DNA of 64,000 bases from an uncultured Actinomycetota bacterium. GTDB taxonomy: Bacteria > Actinomycetota > Actinomycetes > Mycobacteriales > Pseudonocardiaceae. The notes under the pieces were generated by a model, which saw only the letters and a list, made by a program, of their open reading frames with translations, had not been told where the DNA came from and made no database searches. Below are positions 49,863 to 59,671 of the stretch, piece after piece. Each line of letters opens with the position of its first letter. Positions within the stretch are counted from its first letter, which is position 1. Location: the NCBI GenBank assembly GCA_963727495.1, contig CAVSGQ010000014.1:351051-415050 (forward strand), read 5' to 3'. The position numbers were made by a program, and so were the translations under genes.

Positions 49863-50735
49863 TCAGCTCCTCCCGGCCGGTGCCAAGGCCGGCCCTATCG
49901 ACGTCATGAGGTCTGTCAGCGCCATGCCGGTCCTGCCTCCGAGCCGGTGGCACTGCTGGTTCACGAACGAGACGGTGCCGTCGCAGAGGGTGGAGCAGCC
50001 GTCCCCGATCCGCGCCGTCGCCGCATCGACGGCGACCGCGGGCACTCCCCGAGCATCGAGCAGCCTGACCCGGGCCAGACCCGCCTCGTCCTTGCCGATG
50101 CCGGCGTCGTTGAACGCGGCGAACGCCACGTCCGCCTTGAGCGCCCGATTGGCTTCGCCGCCGGGGGCCGCGCCGTGCGATCCGAGACAGACGACGCGGC
50201 CGGCGTGGCTGTCCCGCACCTGCGAGGCCGAGTCGAGACAGACAACCACGAGCCCGGTCGCGAGCGAGATCAAGTGCTCGCCGTCCGCCCATTCCGCGTC
50301 CTGCGACACCTGGCTCGGCGCGCTCGCGCCCGTACGGGCCACCCCCGAAGCGGCAGCAAAGCGCTCCGCGGCGGTCCGGCAGTCGTCGCCCACGCCCACG
50401 CCTGCGGCCGCCGCGAGGTCGTTCCGACACGAGACAATCCCGTGCTCCCACGTCTCCGCGCCCTCCCCGATCCGCGCCGAGTCGGCAGACACGGCCCAGG
50501 CCGGGATGCGCACCCGGTCGAGCAGCTCGAGGCCTCGGACTCCCGCGTCATCGAGACCCCGTGAGGCGTCATTGAACGCGACGGCCGCCACCGCGTGGAC
50601 GGCCGCTCGTCGCGCCGAGAACAATCCGCCGTGGGATCCGGTGATCAATACCCGCCCCCGGTCGCCCGCACCCGCATCGGTAACCGAGTCCCGGATGACG
50701 ACCTGCGTCGGGCCAGCCTGGTGCGGGGAAGTCAT
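49863..50735 (-). CDS. Uncharacterised protein with two tandem copies of one domain
   Basis: Each half has DS...GSHG...FNDA..G...G...L...SARIG.G motifs. Confidence 0.8.
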   Translation of the reverse strand: MTSPHQAGPTQVVIRDSVTDAGAGDRGRVLITGSHGGLFSARRAAVHAVAAVAFNDASRGLDDAGVRGLELLDRVRIPAWAVSADSARIGEGAETWEHGIVSCRNDLAAAAGVGVGDDCRTAAERFAAASGVARTGASAPSQVSQDAEWADGEHLISLATGLVVVCLDSASQVRDSHAGRVVCLGSHGAAPGGEANRALKADVAFAAFNDAGIGKDEAGLARVRLLDARGVPAVAVDAATARIGDGCSTLCDGTVSFVNQQCHRLGGRTGMALTDLMTSIGPALAPAGRS

Positions 50736-50907
50736 CCGGTGCTACTCCTGACGTCGGCGAAGGAAAGCGAGGCGTCCGCCCTAAGTCGACCCAGGATCAT
50801 CGTACCACCTGTCGGACTGTAGTTTCGTTAGGCGGTATACTGCTCGAAAGTGGCGGGTTCGTGGGCGCCGCTAGGATTTGGGGCAGTCGACCAGCAAGGG
50901 GGCCGCG

Positions 50908-51720
50908 GTGGAGCCGATTCGCAGCGTCGCGCGGGCCGCCGCGATCGTGGAGGTCATCGCGCAGGGCGGTCCAGCCGGGGCTCGCCTCACCGACATCGTC
51001 GGGGGCACCGGACTGCAGAAGACGACCGCGCACCGACTGCTCGCGACGCTCGTTTCCCTGGGATGGGTCGAGCAGGACGCAGCGACGTCCGCCTTCCACC
51101 TGGCACTGCCGTTCGTCGGCTTCGGCACCGTCTCGCTGAACCGGCACGGACTGCTCGACATCGCCAACCCGAGGCTGACCCGCCTCTCGGAAGAGACTGG
51201 GGACACGGCGTACCTCTCCGTGCGGCGAGGTGTGGAAGCGTTGTGCGTCGACCGGGTCACCGGATCCTTCCCCATCCGTACTCTCACCCTCAAGGTGGGC
51301 GACAGGCGCCCACTCGGTGTGGGCTCCGGCTCGCTCGCACTGCTCGCCTGGTTGCCTGACGCCGAGGTGGAGCGGATCCTCGGACTGCCGAGACCGACCT
51401 CCCCCCTGACCCACACCCTCCCGTCGCTCACCGCGTTGCGGCGGTCCATACAGCAGGCCCGCCAACTGGGCTACGTCGTGAACCGTGGCGGCGTCGTCCC
51501 CGGTGCGGTCGGCGTGGCGGTGCCCGTCGCCGGCCCCGACAAGTCGCCGCTGGCCGCGCTCGGCGTCGCTGGCATCGAGAGCCGGCTGGACGACGACCGG
51601 ATCGCCCAGGTGGCCGAGCTCCTCCGGGAGGAGGCCGACCGCCTCGGCGCGGACCTGGCGCGCGTCGCGCCACATCTGACCGAGCCCACCATCCGGCACC
51701 TCCTGGCGGCCGAGGAGTAG
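50908..51720 (+). CDS. IclR family transcriptional regulator
   Basis: N-terminal HTH (LQKTTAHRLLATL), PLGVGSGSLALLA and an effector domain. Confidence 0.93.
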   Translation: MEPIRSVARAAAIVEVIAQGGPAGARLTDIVGGTGLQKTTAHRLLATLVSLGWVEQDAATSAFHLALPFVGFGTVSLNRHGLLDIANPRLTRLSEETGDTAYLSVRRGVEALCVDRVTGSFPIRTLTLKVGDRRPLGVGSGSLALLAWLPDAEVERILGLPRPTSPLTHTLPSLTALRRSIQQARQLGYVVNRGGVVPGAVGVAVPVAGPDKSPLAALGVAGIESRLDDDRIAQVAELLREEADRLGADLARVAPHLTEPTIRHLLAAEE

Positions 51721-51821
51721 CTCGAGTCCTCAACCGTGTCCTACCGGGTGGTACGTGCACCATCGAGCAGAACGGCGGGTTGGGCCGCGGCTGGCTCACT
51801 GGCATTGATCGAGGAGGCTTC

Positions 51822-52646
51822 GTGAGCACGGCAGACATCGCAGGCACTCTGCTTCAGGCCCTGGCCGGCCATCGTGTCGTCGACCTTGCCCACCCGCTCG
51901 ACGAGCGGATCCCCTTCTCGCCCAACGCCCCGGGCTTCCGTCGAACGTTGCTACGCCGGCATGGCGATGTCGTCTTGGACGACGAGGTGTCGTTCGCGAC
52001 GGACCTGGTGGTCACCGGGACCCACGTGGGCACACACATCGACGCCTTGGCGCACATCTCCCACCGCGACCGCCTGCACGGAGGAGCGCAGGCCTCGACC
52101 GAGCAGATCGGCGGCGGGTTCGATCACGGGGACGCCGCCCGGCTCCCCATCCTCGTCGGTCGCGGCGTGCTGCTCGACGTCGCCGCCAGCGAGGGTGTCG
52201 AGGTCGTCCCTGCGGACACGGCGATCGGTGCGGCCGAGCTCGCCGCTGCCGCCACCTGGGGCGGCGTCCAGGTGCGGTCGGGTGACATCGTCCTGATCCG
52301 CACCGGCTGGTCGGCGTACGTCGGCGACCGCGCTCGCTTCGTCGGCATGGCGGACGGGGCGCCCGGGGTGGACGAGGGCGGCGCAGAGTGGCTGGTCGAG
52401 CACGAGATCTGTGCTGTCGGTGGCGAGACGATCGCGTTCGAGCACATCCCGGCCGGCCGCGGGCACCAGCACATGCCGGTGCACCGGCGACTGCTCGTGG
52501 AGGCGGGCATCCCCATCATCGAGGTGATGCGACTCGACGACCTGGCAGGCGGTCCGAGCACCTTCGGGTTCGTCCTGGCGCCGCTGCGACTGACCGGCGC
52601 CACGGGATCGCCGACGCGGCCGTTCGCGTTGGTGCCCATGAGCTGA
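51822..52646 (+). CDS. Cyclase family (kynurenine formamidase-like) metal hydrolase
   Basis: HVGTHIDALAH, VLIRTGW, HRRLL and LRLTGATGSPTRP. Confidence 0.9.
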   Translation: MSTADIAGTLLQALAGHRVVDLAHPLDERIPFSPNAPGFRRTLLRRHGDVVLDDEVSFATDLVVTGTHVGTHIDALAHISHRDRLHGGAQASTEQIGGGFDHGDAARLPILVGRGVLLDVAASEGVEVVPADTAIGAAELAAAATWGGVQVRSGDIVLIRTGWSAYVGDRARFVGMADGAPGVDEGGAEWLVEHEICAVGGETIAFEHIPAGRGHQHMPVHRRLLVEAGIPIIEVMRLDDLAGGPSTFGFVLAPLRLTGATGSPTRPFALVPMS

Positions 52647-52655
52647 GGCGCGGCC

Positions 52656-53933
52656 TCACATCCGACTGGGGAGCCAGGTCGCCACGCCCGGGAAGAAGTA
52701 GACCAAGTAGATCAGCGCGAGCAGGGCCAAAAAGTACGGCACCACGCGCTTGGCCAGCGTCCCGAAGCCGATGTCGCCGACGCCGGAGACGACGAAGAGG
52801 TTGATGCCCACGGGCGGGGTGATCTGGCCCATCTCCATCGCCAGGACCGCGATGGCACCGAAGGCCAGTGGCTCCAGGCCGATGGCCTGGGCGACCGGGA
52901 AGAAGATCGGAACCGTCACGATCAGCATCGAAGTGGACTCCAGCACCATGCCCAGCACCACGTATACCACGATCATCAGGCTGAACGTGGCGATCGTCGG
53001 CAGCGACGAGTCGGCGAGGGCCTGCGAGACCATCGTGGGCACCCGCGCCAAGGTCAGCGCGTGCGTGAACAGCTCCCCGAACGTGATGAGCGCCAAGATC
53101 ATCGCCGAGCTGCCCAACGCGGCCGCCAGTGCGTTGCGCATCCGCGACCAGGAGAGGTTGCGATAGACCAGCGCACCGAGCGCCACCGTCAGCGCGACGG
53201 CGAGAGCGGCTGCCTCTGTTGCCGTCGTAGCCCCCGTGTAGATCGCCGCCACGACGACGCCCGGGATCACGAGCACGGGGAGGCTGGCGACCAGGGAGCG
53301 CAGCTTCGCCTTCAGGCTCACCTGTTCACCGGCGATGGCCGGACGCACGAAGACGAACAGCGCGGCAGTGAACACCACGACCGCGAGTAGGCCGGGCAGG
53401 ATCCCGGCGATGAAGAGCTGGCCGATCGACTGCTCGGTCAGGACCCCGAAGATGATCATGGCAATGCTCGGCGGGATCAAGATGCCCAGCGTCCCTCCCG
53501 CAGCGACGATCGCTCCCCCCTGACTGTCCTGGTAGCCCTGTCTACGCATTGCCGGCAGGGCTACCAACCCGACGGTGGCGGCTGTGGCGACGCTCGAGCC
53601 GCTGATCGCCGCGAAGACGGCGCACGTTGCGAGCACCGCGATCCCCAGCGCGTGCGGAACCCGCCCGACCAAGTCGGCGGCGAACGCGAACAGGTCCCGA
53701 CTGGCGCCGATCTCGTGCATGAGTGTCCCGGTCAGCACGAAGAGTGGCACCGCCACCAAGAGATAATTGGCCAGGCCGTCGTAGAGGAAGAACGAAATGT
53801 CCCCCAGGCGGTCCACGCCGCGGATCACCACGACACCGGTCGCCCCGGCGGCCCCCATCGCACCGAAGACCGGCATACCGAGGGCGACCAGCACGGCAAA
53901 CACGCCGAGCACGATCAGGGTCTCGACGATCAC
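52656..53933 (-). CDS. dctM: TRAP transporter large permease
   Basis: FAAISGSSVATA, GTLGILIPPSI and ITPPVG motifs. Confidence 0.95.
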   Translation of the reverse strand: MIVETLIVLGVFAVLVALGMPVFGAMGAAGATGVVVIRGVDRLGDISFFLYDGLANYLLVAVPLFVLTGTLMHEIGASRDLFAFAADLVGRVPHALGIAVLATCAVFAAISGSSVATAATVGLVALPAMRRQGYQDSQGGAIVAAGGTLGILIPPSIAMIIFGVLTEQSIGQLFIAGILPGLLAVVVFTAALFVFVRPAIAGEQVSLKAKLRSLVASLPVLVIPGVVVAAIYTGATTATEAAALAVALTVALGALVYRNLSWSRMRNALAAALGSSAMILALITFGELFTHALTLARVPTMVSQALADSSLPTIATFSLMIVVYVVLGMVLESTSMLIVTVPIFFPVAQAIGLEPLAFGAIAVLAMEMGQITPPVGINLFVVSGVGDIGFGTLAKRVVPYFLALLALIYLVYFFPGVATWLPSRM

Positions 53934-54466
53934 ACCTGCCCCCCTGCCTCGACGTCCTCAGCTGTCTGCTCCGGGGGTCTCACACCAGCCACGGTGTCCA
54001 GCACCTGCGCGAGCGCCGCGAGGGTCAGGAGCGCCAGCCCCAGGGCAAAGATCCCTTGCGGGAGGACCAACGGAGTCCGCAACAGCGTCCCGGAGGTCTG
54101 CCCACGCGCGTAGGAGTTCCACGCCATGGTGGCCGCCGTGGCCGCAGCCAGACCGGCGACGCAGGTGAGCAAGACGGCCACCGCCGTCTCGACTAGACGG
54201 CTGGCCGCCGGCCCGAGCCGACCGGCGGCGAGTGTGACCCGGAAGTGGTCGCCCCGCCGCAGCGCCCACGGGGCCGAGAGCACGGCGAGACCCAGGAGGA
54301 CGTAGGTGTTGATCTCGACGCCCCATTCCACGGGCTTCGACAGTGACCTGAACAGGGCATCGAGACCGACCAGCACTACCTGCAGGACGAGAAGGGAGCC
54401 GGCAACGATGGCCGCAGCACCCAACACGATGTCGATCCAGGTCGTGACCCTCCGGAGCACAGCCAT
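53930..54466 (-). CDS. dctQ: TRAP transporter small permease
   Basis: Four TM segments, GDHFRV motif, located between dctP and dctM. Confidence 0.9.
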   Translation of the reverse strand: MAVLRRVTTWIDIVLGAAAIVAGSLLVLQVVLVGLDALFRSLSKPVEWGVEINTYVLLGLAVLSAPWALRRGDHFRVTLAAGRLGPAASRLVETAVAVLLTCVAGLAAATAATMAWNSYARGQTSGTLLRTPLVLPQGIFALGLALLTLAALAQVLDTVAGVRPPEQTAEDVEAGGQV

Positions 54467-54484
54467 CCTTGTCGTTCCCACCTC

Positions 54485-55522
54485 TCAGCCGCCGGCCTGG
54501 TCGATGGCCGCGATGACCTTCTCGGAGAACTCGTCCGCGGCCTGGTCGGCGATGGGCGCGACGAACTCCTCCCACTCGGGGTATTCCGAGTCGTCCGGCT
54601 GCAGGTCGAAGACGGTCATGCCCAGATCCTCGTACTCGGCACCGAGCTTGGCGCGATCTTCGGCAATGGCGGCACGCGAGGCGGTCTCGGCCCTCTTGGC
54701 CGCCTCGGAGATGATCTCGCGCTGGTTGTCGGTGAGCCCGTCCCACCAGTCCTTGTTCACCACCCAGGCCGGCATCGAGGTCCCGAAGAACCCGGCTGGC
54801 ACCGTGGCCTGGGAAGCCACCTCGAAAAGCCGCTGGGACTTGATCCCCTGGAACCCGACGTGCGCGCCTTCCACAGATCCCCGCTGAAGAGCGGTGTAAA
54901 CCTCGGCGAAGGCGACCGAGGCCGGGCTACCTCCGGCCGCATTGACCAACTTCGCGCCGCCCTCGCTGTAGGTGCGCATGACCCGTCCCTTCAGGTCCGA
55001 GGGCACCCGGATTGGCTCGTCGGAGATGAGAGCGCCGGCTCCCAGCTGCGTCCACGCGAGGACAACTGCGCCGTAGTCCTCGTACTCGGCCTCCAGCACG
55101 CCCCCGAGTCCCTCCGGGTCGTCCATGGCGTCGTTGAGCTGCTCGAAGGACAAGGTCAGCGCCGGGCTGTCGAAGATCGCCGTGTCCTTGATCGCCCCGG
55201 ACCAGAGATTGGAGGTGGCCAGACCCATCGTGACGGTGCCTCGGGGGATGGCGGTGGCCATGTCGCCGTCCTCGGCAAGGGCTCCGGAGGGAACGTGCTC
55301 AACCGTGATGCCGCCGTCACTGAGCTCGGCGAGCGCGTCCTCAAACTCCGGGAGGAACGACGTGATGCTGATGTGGTCGGGACTGCCCCAGGTGGCCACC
55401 TCGATCTCCACCGTGTCGTCGGCTGCGTCGCCCCCTGAGCACGCTGCGGCGGTCAGTGCCAGCGTAGTTGCGAGGAGCGCCGCACCCACCCTTCGTGCCG
55501 GGACGTGTGCTGCTGCGGTCAT
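54485..55522 (-). CDS. dctP: TRAP transporter substrate-binding lipoprotein
   Basis: Lipobox LTAAAC, DLKGRVMR and EVYTALQRG. Confidence 0.92.
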   Translation of the reverse strand: MTAAAHVPARRVGAALLATTLALTAAACSGGDAADDTVEIEVATWGSPDHISITSFLPEFEDALAELSDGGITVEHVPSGALAEDGDMATAIPRGTVTMGLATSNLWSGAIKDTAIFDSPALTLSFEQLNDAMDDPEGLGGVLEAEYEDYGAVVLAWTQLGAGALISDEPIRVPSDLKGRVMRTYSEGGAKLVNAAGGSPASVAFAEVYTALQRGSVEGAHVGFQGIKSQRLFEVASQATVPAGFFGTSMPAWVVNKDWWDGLTDNQREIISEAAKRAETASRAAIAEDRAKLGAEYEDLGMTVFDLQPDDSEYPEWEEFVAPIADQAADEFSEKVIAAIDQAGG

Positions 55523-55668
55523 CTGCGTCTCCTATGGGTCAGCCGCGCCTGCACGCGGTCTCTCCAGCATGGGATGTGATCGGCACCATAGCATTCTGCG
55601 GTACGGTGTTCCATAGAGTGGTCCTTCATCTTTGGTTCCTCGCTGAACCCGCCCAGAACGGAGCCGCC

Positions 55669-56703
55669 GTGTCCTCGTCACGCACCCTGGTGCTGCAACG
55701 TCCCGAGCCAATGGCACTGGGCTGGCAGGACCGAGAGATCGGAGTACCGCGGCCGACCGAGGTCGTGCTCGAGGTGGCCCGCGCGGCTATCTGCGGGACT
55801 GATCTGCACGTGGCCACCTGGAACGAGTTCGCCTCCCGCCGGTACCGCCCTCCCCTCGCATTGGGCCACGAGCTGGTCGGGAGGATCGTCGACATGGGCG
55901 ACGACGTAAGCGACCTGGCCACCGGTGCACGCGTGACCCTGGAGACCCATCTGGCGTGCGGCGAGTGTGCGCAGTGCCGGGCCAGCCGCGGCCACACCTG
56001 CCTAGCGCTGCGGACCTTCACCGGGATGGATCGCGGCGCCTTCACCGAGCGGGTCGCCGTGCCGGCGCAGCTGGTCCGCACCGTTCCTGACGCCATCCCC
56101 GATCGCCACGCCTGCCTGCTCGAGCCGCTCGGGATCGCCGTACGCGCCGTGCAGTTGGCCTGCCAGGGCGTCGACCGGCTCCTGGTGTCCGGCGCTGGGC
56201 CCATCGGATTGCTCTGCGTCGCGGTCGCCCGCGATGCCGGCGTCGGGGAGGTCGTCGCCAGGGACCCCTCGCCCGAGCGGCGAGAACTTGCCCAATCCGC
56301 CGGCGCCACGCGGACCGCGGATCCGCTGACCTGCAGCACGGTCGACCCGGTGGACGCGGCCATCGACGCCAGCGGCAGTCCCGCAGCGCTGGCGAGCGCG
56401 CTCGATCTGATCCTCCCCGGCGGGACCCTCGTGCTGGCGGGCCTGCCAGCCGACGAGGTCGCCGTCGACCTCGCCCGACACGTCGTGCTGGGCGAGGTGT
56501 CGATCCAGGGGATCTACGGGCGAATCCTCGACGAAACCTGGGACCGAACTCGGGCGCTGGCACCCGGACTCGCCAATCGGCTCGATGCCATCGTGACCCA
56601 CGAATTCCCCCTCGACCGGGCGATCGAAGCATTCGAGGTCGCCCTGCGAGGGGACGCAGGCAAGGTCGAAGTCGTCGTCACCCACCCAGGCGGCACGATC
56701 TAA
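55669..56703 (+). CDS. Zn-dependent dehydrogenase (threonine dehydrogenase-like MDR)
   Basis: ICGTD, GHELVG, CGECAQC..C and GAGPIG. Confidence 0.9.
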   Translation: MSSSRTLVLQRPEPMALGWQDREIGVPRPTEVVLEVARAAICGTDLHVATWNEFASRRYRPPLALGHELVGRIVDMGDDVSDLATGARVTLETHLACGECAQCRASRGHTCLALRTFTGMDRGAFTERVAVPAQLVRTVPDAIPDRHACLLEPLGIAVRAVQLACQGVDRLLVSGAGPIGLLCVAVARDAGVGEVVARDPSPERRELAQSAGATRTADPLTCSTVDPVDAAIDASGSPAALASALDLILPGGTLVLAGLPADEVAVDLARHVVLGEVSIQGIYGRILDETWDRTRALAPGLANRLDAIVTHEFPLDRAIEAFEVALRGDAGKVEVVVTHPGGTI

Positions 56704-59070
56704 GCTTTTCGTTTGGGTGCATCTCTTCTGGAGTGACATGATCAGGTGGGGATGGTCTCGTTCCAGTAGCGTCCATTGTGGACGCGTTGTTGTTCCTGCC
56801 GTTGGTGGTAGGCCCAGTAGGCGTCGAAGTCGTCGTTGCTGGTGAGGGTGCGGAGGGTGAGGATGGCTTCGGCGCCGTCGAGTCCCCAGCGGGCACCGGT
56901 GATGTCCATCCGGTCCTTCACCAGGTGGCGGCAAGCTCCCTCGATGACACCGGTGGCGATGGGCCAGCCCGCGGCCAGCGCGGTGGGATAGTCCAGGTAC
57001 TTCTTCTTGTTGTGCAGGTAGGCCGCGGCGGTGTCGGCGTTGCGGCGTTGTTCCGGGGTCAGTCCTCGGCGGGTGGCGGTGCGTCGGATCGCGGCCGCGA
57101 CCAGGCCCGCGTTGCCGGAGAGGATCTCCAGGGCCTTGACGGCGACCCACGCCTCGGCTTCGGGGTCGCCTTCGGCGTGAAAGCACCACGCCGCTTTCCA
57201 GACGTACTCCAGGACGTGGACGAAGTCGACGATGACGGTGACCTCGACGCCACGTTCGCGGGCCTGGGCCGTGGTCCGGTCGATCTGATGGTTGTTGCCG
57301 TCGACCAGGGCGATCCAGGTGCGTTGACGGTCGGGGTCGCGGCGTTCGGCCTCGTCGAACACCGACGCGATGACCTGCCCGGTGTCGTCGGTGACACTGG
57401 CGGTGAGCCACTTGCCCCTGGTCAGCGGCCGCAGTGCCCGCCCGGTCGGGGGCGGGGCCCCGGGGGCGGTGATGATGTCGGCCGGGGTGCGGGGCGAGGG
57501 GACCACGTCGTAGACCGCGCCGACCTCGGCCATGCGTTTACGGTTGCGTTTCTCCCCTTTCGACAGCCGGGTCGACAGTTTCTGCGAGGTGGCGGCCTTG
57601 GCGGTCGCGGCTCGCAGCGCGTCGGCGCGCATCACGATGCCCTTGCCGTCATAGGACAACGCCAGCACGTCGCCGGCGGTGTCCGGGGGTGTGTCCCTGG
57701 TGCGGTAGAAGTCCTCGACGTCGAGCGCGGCACGCACGGTGAGTTCCTGGATCTGGCGTTTGCCCAGGCGTTGCCCGGTGGCGCGGTCGATCGCGGCGAC
57801 GGTCTGCTCGAACGAGCCCCGTCCTGCCTCCACCGCCGCCAGGCGCCGCAACCCGAACGAGTACTTCTCCGCCGGCAGGTTCAACATCGCGTCGGCCGGG
57901 TACAGGTTGGCCGAGAAGCGGGCGCGGTAAGCCAGCCGGGACACGTCGATGTCACCGAAGACCGTGGCGACACCGCGGACATGGCCACGTTCCAATCGGG
58001 TGTGGATCGTCCCGTCCGCCTCGGCCACCTCGTCCAGGCGTTCCTCCCGCGCGGCCCGCAGGTCCACGTGGTCCTGCAACAGTCGGCACAGCAGCTTCCG
58101 GCCCTCGACCTGAAGGCGGTCTTCCAGTTCCGAGTGCGTCAACCCCGCGGCCACCGGGCCGCCGAGGAAACTCACCAGCGCGTCGAAGCCCGCACGTGAT
58201 GCCTCGAACTCCGTGTTCACCGTAGGGGACGCCGCCCGCATCGACCTGGTCCTTCCGCCACGACCCCGGCCGGAAATCGCCGGACATCGGCAAAACTATC
58301 CGAAACAGACAGAATATCCTCGCATCTACCGATCAACACGCCGCATCACCAACATATTGAGTCACTCCAGAAGAGATGCACCCTATTCGTTTAACCCGTA
58401 GCTTCGTTGTTTGTGCTGGTCGTCGTATCTTTTGTGATCGTTTTGCCGACGTTGTGGCGGGTGGCGCGATGCTGGTTGCGGGAGCCGGGTGGGCGGCCTG
58501 GCCCGGGGTGGGACGGTTTTGGTGCGCTGGCCGGTAGCGCGGTCTTCGGGCGGAGGTTGCGAAACCCGCGGCGGACGCGGGCTGGGGTGAGCCGGCGTGG
58601 TTCGGTGACACAGAGGGTTTCTCCCAGGGGCGACGCAGATCGCCGGTGAGGTGGCGGGCGAGGCGGAGTTGGGTGTGCGCGGTGATGATGAGCCAGGTCC
58701 AGCGGTCACCCTGCTCGGCGGTGCGGACACGGGGTCGGGACCAGCCCAGGGTTTGTTTGAGGAACCGGAAGGTGTGCTCCAGATCGAAACGGCGCAGGAA
58801 CGTGCGCCACAATCGGTCCACATCAGACGGTGTCACGTGTGGGCGGGAGTGCCACAGCCATACCGGTTTCGGGTTCCGGTCGCCGGGCAGGTGATCCACG
58901 ATCAGGCGGATGATGCTGCCCTCGATGGTGGGCAGCGGGCCGTGGTCATCGGCCCATGCGGCGCGGTGGGTCAGCCGAGGGTGCAGACGGTTCCACGCGC
59001 ACGCCCGAACCGTGCCGTAGCGCGTGGTGCGCAGAGGGGTGTCGGTGACCGTGGACACAGAGGGGCGATC
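56700..59070 (-). pseudogene. IS701-like transposase 3' part, interrupted near its stop by ISKra4
   Basis: PKPVWLW, RRFDLEHTFRFLKQTLGW and LRRPWEK; removing ISKra4 restores the terminal GGTTAAACGAAAAGCTTAG. Confidence 0.8.
56715..58383 (-). mobile_element. ISKra4-family element, complete (transposase 56742-58241)
   Basis: Perfect 23-bp IRs GGGTGCATCTCTTCTGGAGTGAC; 9-bp flanks TTTTCGTTT / TATTCGTTT; motifs DGKGIVMR, DFVHVLEY and GVIEGACRHLVKDR. Confidence 0.93.
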
Positions 59071-59671
59071 GACGATGGCGGCGACGCGACAGCAGGTACG
59101 GGCGTACCCGCCATGACGACCATGGCACCGAACGCAACAGTGGCCAGCGCGCGAACAACCACCCTGGGCGGGCATCTCCGGGCAACGGAAGGCGTCTGCA
59201 TCTGACCCCCAAGTCCAGCCGAGACGCCCCAGGGCGCCACACCGAGACTCAAGCATCGCCGGACAACACCACACCCGAAACATCCACCAAACAGTCCCTA
59301 ACGCCGATTTCCACACAGCGGGATCGACCCTATGGCAGCCATGATCTTGTCGGCTCGATGACGCTTTGACCTGTGATGATGGGCCTCGCGGGGTTGTCTC
59401 CCGTTGCGCGGATCGGCTGCGTGGGCATGTGGGGTTGCCGATCTACCGAGCATCCGACCGTAGATTTGTGGCGAATAGGTTCGTTGCAGCGCAAGGGGAT
59501 CCGTCGTCGCCTGTCCAGCTGGCATCGTTGGACAAGATCGGATTTCCGGCGCCATGACAGCGAGATCACCCCTCATCATCGGGGGCCGGACCCTTGGCTG
59601 AGCTGCGCAGATGCAGATCTTGTGTGTTGTGATCTTGTTGTGCGGAAATCCGCGCTAACAAGAGATTCAGG

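Noticed and set aside
48136-50451. 771-aa extended TPP enzyme
   Set aside because: The extension overlaps the upstream gene in another frame; homology starts near 49857.
50820-50845. TTTCGTTAGGCGGTA and similar sites near 55595 as IclR operators
   Set aside because: Palindromy is weak and the copies agree poorly.
59250-59670. Short ORFs between the IS701-like and IS1634 elements
   Set aside because: No motifs or convincing codon bias.
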